A stretch of DNA of 52,790 nucleotides, counting the filler, from Bipalium vagum (lineage: Eukaryota), in assembly GCA_037834085.1 (NCBI GenBank). It is 3 parts of 3 records of this genome, joined end to end, with 100 filler letters (N's around TTAATTAATTAA, not from the genome) between each part and the next. Parts side by side here need not be neighbours in the genome. Positions count along the whole stretch, not along the records: positions 34,290 to 52,790 come from JBBMKC010027202.1; 2 more parts are not named here. The stretch is one strand, 5' to 3'. Both the position numbers and the translations under genes were made by a program. The notes beneath the pieces are model-generated. The model saw only the letters and a list, made by a program, of their open reading frames with translations, ran no database searches and was not told the DNA's origin. How positions within the stretch are numbered: position 1 is the stretch's first letter; the number at the start of each line of letters is the position of its first letter. Below are positions 45,495 to 52,790 of the stretch, in pieces.

Positions 45495-48400
45495 ATGATT
45501 CCGAAAGGTAAAGCTACTTCAGTTCCATCCGATTCTCAAGCAAAAGAAAAGTTATATAAATTCTTTTATTATTTATTTTTCATGATATTTCAGACTAGCG
45601 AATCATGTTTACGAATATTTAGTTCACAATGGTGCCACAAAAGCAGCTCAGTCATTCTTACAAGAAGTATGAGATATGAAAATAAATTAATAATCATTTA
45701 ATTATTAAGATTCATTGGGATAAACCGTGGCAGGTTGGTGAGCCACCAGGGTTTTTGTATCAGTGGTGGTGGTATGTATATTGTTAAAAAATATAGTTTA
45801 TTCAAAACGTAATCATTTTAGCGTTTTTTACGACTTATATAGTGCCGCGCCAGAGAGAAGAGAAACTTTTGATCATTCAAGTGAAGCAAAAGCCTTCCAT
45901 GATTATGTATATATTTAATTTTTTGACTAAAATGATAATTATTATGTGGCAGGGATTTGTCAATTCCGGATATCCGAACGGCTTACCAAGGGTAATCGAT
46001 TTTTTATATCAGATTTAATTCAAATTAAATGTGATTTTTATACAATATCGTTATGAGGTGTGTTCGCTGAGTCTCGTGTGCACGCATCCTTTTCTGTTGA
46101 AAGGTTTTTCTTACAAGTTCTAAAACAGTTTGTCTATAGGAGCTTATCGAATACATTGCCTTTGTAACGATTTGAGAGTGTGTGCGTGGTTGCTCTGTAA
46201 TCGCTCTGTATGTATTTGTGTGTGTGTCTCTCTGTCTCTGTAAGTTGCCTGTTTCAGTAGAGTTGATTTTTGCCTTTGAACTTGAAAGCGTGACGATGAC
46301 GACTGAAATTTCAAAACGTGCTTTTTTTCTCTCCCTCTATTTCTATCTCTCTGTGTCAACAGTGTTGGTTTGCTTGTTTTAGAAAAATGAACCAAACACA
46401 ACAACCATCTTTTTCCAATCTCATACATTTTCTTTCGACAAATGTCTCCATGCCAGACAAATCGGGTGATTTCATGCTTCTCTGAACGGTCTTTTGGAAG
46501 GACAAAAACAGTGCAGTTTTTTATTGTTTTTTTTACTTTTGTTTCGTTTTTTGTAAAGATTTTAATTCTCGTTCCATTTTGTGTTCTGATCTTGGTTTTT
46601 TAAAAATTTTATTATGACCTTGTTTCAGGTTCTTAAAAAAAATTCGTTATTAAAATTGTTTTTTATCATTCATCCTCAGTTATCACAGATGAATTTAGTA
46701 GCTGTACTTGTGATTGTTTTAATTTGTTTTATTCTACTTTATAAAGTTATCGATTTATATTTATCCAATTTAGATTGCTATAACTTAATATTTTTTAATT
46801 TTGATTATTAGTATTATAACCTTTATCTATTTTTTATTTTCGATATTATTTCTTGGAAATTTAATAATACATATTTTCTATTGATATTCAAATAATATAA
46901 ATTTGATATCGATTTTTCGTTATAACAATTTGGTTTGATAGAAATAGAGGGAGAGAAAGAAAGCACGTTTTGAAATTTCAGTCGTCATCGTCGCGCTTTC
47001 ATGTTCAAAGGCAAAAGGTTTGAAGAATTAAAAGTTGAAAAACTTTATTTATTGATTATTATATAACCAATGATTATTTTTTTTCGATTTNNNNNNNNNN
47101 NNNNNNNNNNNNNNNNNNNNNNNNNNNNNNNNNNNNNNNNNNNNNNNNNNNNNNNNNNNNNNNNNNNNNNNNNNNNNNNNNNNNNNNNNNNNNNNNNNNN
47201 NNNNNNNNNNNNNNNNNNNNNNNNNNNNNNNNAATCCATCGATACCCAGTCCCATTAGCGGAGGAATGCAACCTGCTGGAGGAAGACCGCCTTCATCTCA
47301 AGGTATTATTCCACCGGATAGTAACATTCACACTCCAGTCTCGTTACAAGGCGGGCAAATGATGTTACCTGGTGGTTCATTTTTTGCTGTAAGATTGATT
47401 TTAACTGTTTTCAAAATTATTTATCGATTTTATTGTTTATAAATATATCGATAATCAATTATCAGTAGTATTAATAAATATTTATTATACTTTTATGTAA
47501 ATAGTAAAGGAGTTATCAATATCAAATTATTATCATTAGATAATGAACGATTTATAGTTATTTAGTTATATAGTTATAGATTTTTTGAAAAACTAAAAAG
47601 TTACTGACGAATATATTTTTCAAAAAATTGTGATCATATCAATTAATTCAAAAATATTAATAATAACATTTTATTTATAAAATAAATTTGACATATATAA
47701 GGCTGACAAAAATTAAATAAACAAGCATAAGTGCCATAGATATAATCAACCACCGTGGGCTTATAATGAATTTTATTCAGTGGATCAATTTGTGTATTCT
47801 GTCTATATAAATATATAAAAAATATAATATATAAAAATAATATTAAAATAATATAATACATATCAATAAATATATAGCCTGGACATCCGATGCCGAACAT
47901 TGGCGGTCAAACAATTGATATGATGAGAAATCGGGCAGCGTTGCAATCATTACGATTTCAACAGGGCGGCACGCCGATGATGGGTGCCTATCATCCTGGA
48001 GCAGGAATGCCAAGGCACAGGTTTTTGGGAAATTCTGTTCCTCCGTTGGGAATAGCTCACAGTCCCGGGCCATCGGGAACCCCACAGACTGCCAACCAGA
48101 TTATGCCAAGTCCGAACGACAGTTTACAAAACGAGCTGCCTCCAAACAATTCCGGTCCCGATTCGTTTGGACCGAACGGTGGATCGTCCAGAAGTCCGTC
48201 CCACATGATCTCTCAACCTGCTCCAGCGTTCCCACCGCCACCGGCCTCAGAAAGCAATGCCGACCAATCGAATCAGCAAAATATGATGAATGGTGGTGGT
48301 GGTGGCAACGGTGGTGGTGGGGGAGGTTCACAAATGCCTCAATTCTCTCAACACCAGTCCCACACAATGGAGTACATGCCGAGCTCTGGTCTCAATTTCG

Positions 48401-49147
48401 AGTCACCAATATCGATGAAGCACTCTCCTCAGCTGCACAATCCCAATATGAATGACGTCATCGCCACAATGGGCAACAATATGCCTGATTTTTGCAATCC
48501 CATGGGCCCTAATGGAGGATCTGTTTTCGGATCATCGGAACACGCTATGAGAGCCAACCAATCATCAGTGCCGATGGGAGTGCAACCCATTTCTCAATTG
48601 CAAATCATGCAACAGGGATTGGGCTCACATGGGTCGATCAATTTGCAATCAATGCCTTTAGGGCCATCGAATCCAGCACAGTTCCTTTCACATCCTGGCG
48701 GAGGTTCTATCAATGCAAGTCCTCAATTTCCGGTATGTTATTATTTAATCGATATCTCCATTGTAATTTTTGGATGGGAAACGGTGGTTGTCAGCTCTCT
48801 GAAAATTGTAAAAAACAATATTGATTATTTGATAATAAAATGTTGCGTTGATAATTCTCTTTTGTTTAAACCCCTAAAAATTTCTGCCAATCATCTTTAT
48901 TCTATTGATTTTTGTTATGTGATTGTTTTCCAGTAATATCAGATTTTGTGTGATTTAGTTTATTGATGATTGACACTTTATGTCTCTTGTTATTATTAAA
49001 TGGAATTTCTCGTACTTCACAATCGCATTTTTATATCAATCATTGTTTATTTTTTTGTATATTTTGCACAATATTATTTAACAAATTAAAAATGTGTTCT
49101 AAATATTTCAGGATTATGCATTCACATCAATGTCACAAACCATCTGA
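45495..49147 (+). CDS. Ssdp: Ssdp / SSBP2-3-4 family LDB-complex cofactor (exons 45495-45550, 45594-45666, 45710-45771, 45822-45906, 45953-45991, [gap]47233-47388, 47878-48732, probable last 49112-49147)
   Basis: Spliced N-terminus [65 protein letters not shown] is the LisH/LUFS domain, followed by a P/G/M/Q-rich region. All visible junctions are GT-AG and in phase. Confidence 0.95.
46268..47016. repeat. 80-bp inverted repeat (arms 46268-46347 and 46937-47016) in Ssdp intron 5
   Basis: The arms are reverse complements at 77/80 positions, with a 589-nt spacer. Confidence 0.95.
47091..47232. other. Scaffold gap (142 N) inside Ssdp
   Basis: N run without the linker 12-mer. Ssdp-like coding sequence continues on the far side. 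Confidence 0.95.
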
Positions 49148-50986
49148 ACAAAAAAAACTTATTAGGAAAATTATTTCGGAATGCAAAAAAGGTTGAGGCC
49201 GTCTAACTGTATAGTTTTACATAAAACTTATTTTTGTAAATACGCATGCAGTACAGCTGGATCAATAAAAGGTTTTATCATGACTTTGTGTTTGACTCTT
49301 AAATTTGGTATAGCTGAGTCTTTCAATTATCCTTTTTATATTTGTTGAAGTATTATTCATTTATTATTGACTTTCATGTATATTATATTATTAGAAACTT
49401 AAATCTTGTTTTACTGCATTAATTGTAAATCCGCGGATGTGAGCGATAACTTAATAACAAGTATGCAAATTATCTCATGTGTGTGTAATGGAGGTTTATT
49501 TTCGATTGATATTTAATGTAGAATGTTTTACAAATAAAAATTTTAAGGATTTATTTATTTGTTAAAATGTACTTTCGTGAAATAAACTTTGTCTCTACTT
49601 TTAATATTGTGTTTGGGAGTTGAAATTTTATTGTTGTGTAATGTCATTTATCACCAAACTTTTTTGTGTTGTTAGAGACTGTTTTACACATCAGCTCAAT
49701 ATTGCTTCATTTTTATTTAATTGTGAGCAGACTATTTTCAAAATGACTCATTTCATATTTTTATCAGTAAAATATTTTGTGAATAATTAAAAAATTTTTC
49801 TTGAGATTTGAGCATAATTTGTGAATAATCATAGCAACAGAACTGATTTTCTGACACATTTAATAACTGTTTTCGAAATTAAAATATTTTAAAATTATCA
49901 ATGATTATATTCGTACATTTAACTTTATTTGCTTTTATGACAATATTTATAAGGCTTATCTTATTTCTCAAATCAACATTTGGTATAATTAAAAAAAATT
50001 ATCTAAATATTATTGATTTTTTTCAGCCATCTTTTTTATGCAGTTTTAAATATTTATATCTACAAAATAAATTATGACAATAAATTTTGATAGCTTTTCG
50101 GACGTAAAATTAACCCAAATACTAATTTAAATAAAATAATTTTAGAGTTGTTTCATTTGAATTTCAGTTTTAATAGAAATTAAAAAGAATAGATTTATAT
50201 TCAGTTTTAAATACTTATTAATATTTAACAAAAATATCTTTAGCTTATTACAGGTTATCTAAATAAATAATTTTTTAAAAAAATAATAAAATTGATTTCA
50301 GGAAAATTAACCAAAAACTGAATGTTCTGAAGTAATGATAATTATAATATTAATAAAGATCTCTCTTAATATTGTTCACTACTAGAATTAGATTTGGTTT
50401 TTAACCGATGGAAACAGTTTAGATATTTAAAAAGGGAAATGTTTACTTTAAAATTATATTCTAGATGATTATTTACTCTTACTTTTCTAATTTGAATGTT
50501 ATTTTCAATATTAAAAATTTTCTGTCAAACATCATTTTTAATTAATAAACATGATTAAATATGACTATGTTTCACTATAATTTAATCTTAATTATATGAG
50601 GTCAAATCAGTTCCGATACTTTTGAATTAAAGGTACTTAATAAACATTTGAACAACTATCAAGTCGTTCAATTTTATTGGTAATATTAATATTTACATCT
50701 ATGATAAATTATTTTGATTGACATTTAATATTTATATGGATTAATATTGTTAATTTTAGCTAGACATATTTTTTCGAAATTAATACACAATTCTTTTATC
50801 AGTAAAAGCTGATAAGGTTAATTTTAATTAATTAAAGATTTTCATAATAATTTATTTTTATTATTACACAAAATATATTCGAAAATGAAAAAATGTGAAA
50901 TCTTTATTAGCCATGCTTGATTCAAAAAATATTTTTCAAATCGCATTCCATTATATTAAAATTTAACTTTGTTTAAATATTACACA

Positions 50987-51808
50987 ATGACAATAAGAAA
51001 TTTTGAATATTTAATTGACGAAACAAAACATGTAACTATCTATATCAGAGATGTAATTCTATTTTCTATACGCCAGTTTATCGAGAATTTTAGTTAAATC
51101 AGGAAAAGCATGGTTGTCATACATGGAAATGCAGTGAAATTCTATCATGTTATTTAAGCCAAAACATGGACATAATTAAGGATAAAAACATATTGGAAGT
51201 GATTTTCTATAAAAATATTGATATAAATTAATTTACTTAATCTTTTAAAGCTCGGATCAGGTACAGGATTGTGTGGCATTTTATGTTGCTTGTTGTCAGC
51301 TGGCAAGGTTTTCTTTACTGATGTTAATGACGAGGAAGTCTTTAAAAATTTACAATATAACTGCGATATGAATAAAATTTCGAATTATGATATTCTTTCT
51401 CTGACCTGGGGAAAATTCCTCCAAAAGAACATGAGTGAGATCTGTCCAGATTTAATTCTTGCTTCTGATTGCCTCTTTGACAAGTCTGGTAATAAGTGAA
51501 TCTTTCGATTGTTGTCTGTAACTTTAAAATTAAGTGTTCGAAATATTCTTCCAAACAGTGGCTTTTTTTCTTCACAAATTTCCCCAAAGCCGACTCTTGA
51601 CAACTTTTCAAATAAGATGGTATTGATTAAAATCAATAATTTGTTTTTATTTTTATAATTCAGGGCGTCCTTTGACTTTGATGTGTACCTCGATAAATAT
51701 GATCTAGTAGCCGAGGAGATATCTACCGAGTCTTTCCTGGCAAGCGACAACCACCTATCGCAAATCGACGAAGAGATTTGTCTGTTTTCCATTAAATATA
51801 AGATGTGA
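50987..51808 (+). CDS. METTL23: Methyltransferase-like protein 23 (exons 50987-51052, 51094-51198, 51251-51488, 51535-51619, 51664-51808)
   Basis: Spliced ORF: HGCHTWKCSEILS, ILELGSGTGLCGI (motif I), VFFTD, LTWG, DLILASDCLFD, TVAFFLHK, TTFQIR, STESF. The family-16 seven-beta-strand methyltransferase has a METTL23-like C-terminus. Confidence 0.88.
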
Positions 51809-52595
51809 CGACTTGATTTTTTCGTTTGAATCTTTTATTTAAAAGGTGTGGTCATAAATCAGAGATTCAAAAAGTATTGATTTCTCTCCGAAAATACTGA
51901 AAATTTCATGAGGTATATGGGGGATATCGTTTTAAAAGGATATCGAGAATTGGTGATTCGATAACAATCAATTCTTCACATTTTCTTGAATCTCTTTTAA
52001 CTACTGCCTTCAAATGGCCATTACTACTGTAGCCGGTTTTCCAACACCATTAATTTAAATGCTGACGTTATATTAAATTTCCATATAAATGTAATTGATC
52101 CTAAAGTGTTGGAGTTGTTGATCCAACCAATAGTATTTATTTATGTTAATTTAATGCCTTTTAACTGGTAATTTAAAATCGATTTATAGTTTTTGGTTTA
52201 TTTTTTCATCGGTTCACCTATTAAAGTGTGAACCAAATTTATTTAGTTATTAGTTAAATAAAAGGATTTGTGATCAAATATTCTAATTATTAAATATATA
52301 ACAAAATATGTATCTTTCTGTATCTTGTTTTTGCTGTTTTCCTTCTCCAGTTACCTTTTTTGCTGGAATATTGTTATCTTTTTTATAGATATTGTAACGC
52401 GCACTTTTTGTTTCTCCTTGCTGGTCCTTGGCTCTTCAGAATAAATATTTGCTGGTATTATTTAATTGAGTTTTTGCAAGTGCTGGTTTTACTAATTTTT
52501 TTCTGTTTCTTGTTCTTTTTTCGTTAAATTATTATCATTTTTCGTTTTAATTATTATCATTAATTATACTATATTATTTTATTTATTTTTTAATA

Positions 52596-52790
52596 CAGTG
52601 CAACCCGTTTAATATCACGGCGTCCGTTACAGAAAAAGTCATGATATTAACCGGGTCGTGATATTAACCATCAACTCACTTTATATCATGATTCATGATA
52701 ATAACCAAAAAAATGATTTTTTAAATATAGGGTGGAGACTCCAGAAAAAGAAGAAAAACATTTGAAGCTGTGATTTCACCCTTGATAGAA
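52596..52790. mobile_element. Terminus of another pogo-like element related to 13205-15538, truncated by window end
   Basis: TA-CAGTGCAACCCGTTTAATATCACG matches both ends of the 13205 element. Subterminal TGATATTAACC repeats. Confidence 0.7.

Noticed and set aside
47045-47271. ORFs rich in X
   Set aside because: Artefacts of the N gap.
51900-52560. Minus-strand coding-like sequence (possible decayed gag/protease or exon)
   Set aside because: Interrupted frames and no diagnostic motif.

Overview
Very AT-rich eukaryotic (animal-type) genomic DNA in the standard genetic code, with many 41-56 nt spliceosomal introns and dense, decayed DNA transposons. It is not prokaryotic: I found no CRISPR array, rRNA or tRNA. 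The window is three contigs joined by an artificial 100-nt linker (N44-TTAATTAATTAA-N44 at 16328 and 34190), plus one ordinary 142-N gap. Well-supported genes: pyruvate kinase (minus strand, 6 exons visible, 3' part absent beyond a linker), Ssdp/SSBP2-4 (plus, LUFS domain), METTL23 (plus, 5 exons, complete) and an intronless prominin-like 735-aa ORF (minus). A TMEM192-like gene (plus) is probable. Mobile DNA: several mariner, Tc3-like, maT (DD37D), rosa (DD41D), IS630/Tc1-like and pogo/Tigger remnants, an R2/NeSL-like non-LTR reverse transcriptase relic and a candidate LTR. The most striking unexplained structure is an 80-bp inverted repeat in an Ssdp intron (77/80 Watson-Crick, 2 G-U, 1 U-U) enclosing stop-introducing cryptic exon candidates. 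All family calls come from motif recognition and manual splicing; no database searches were run, and the organism cannot be named from this window.
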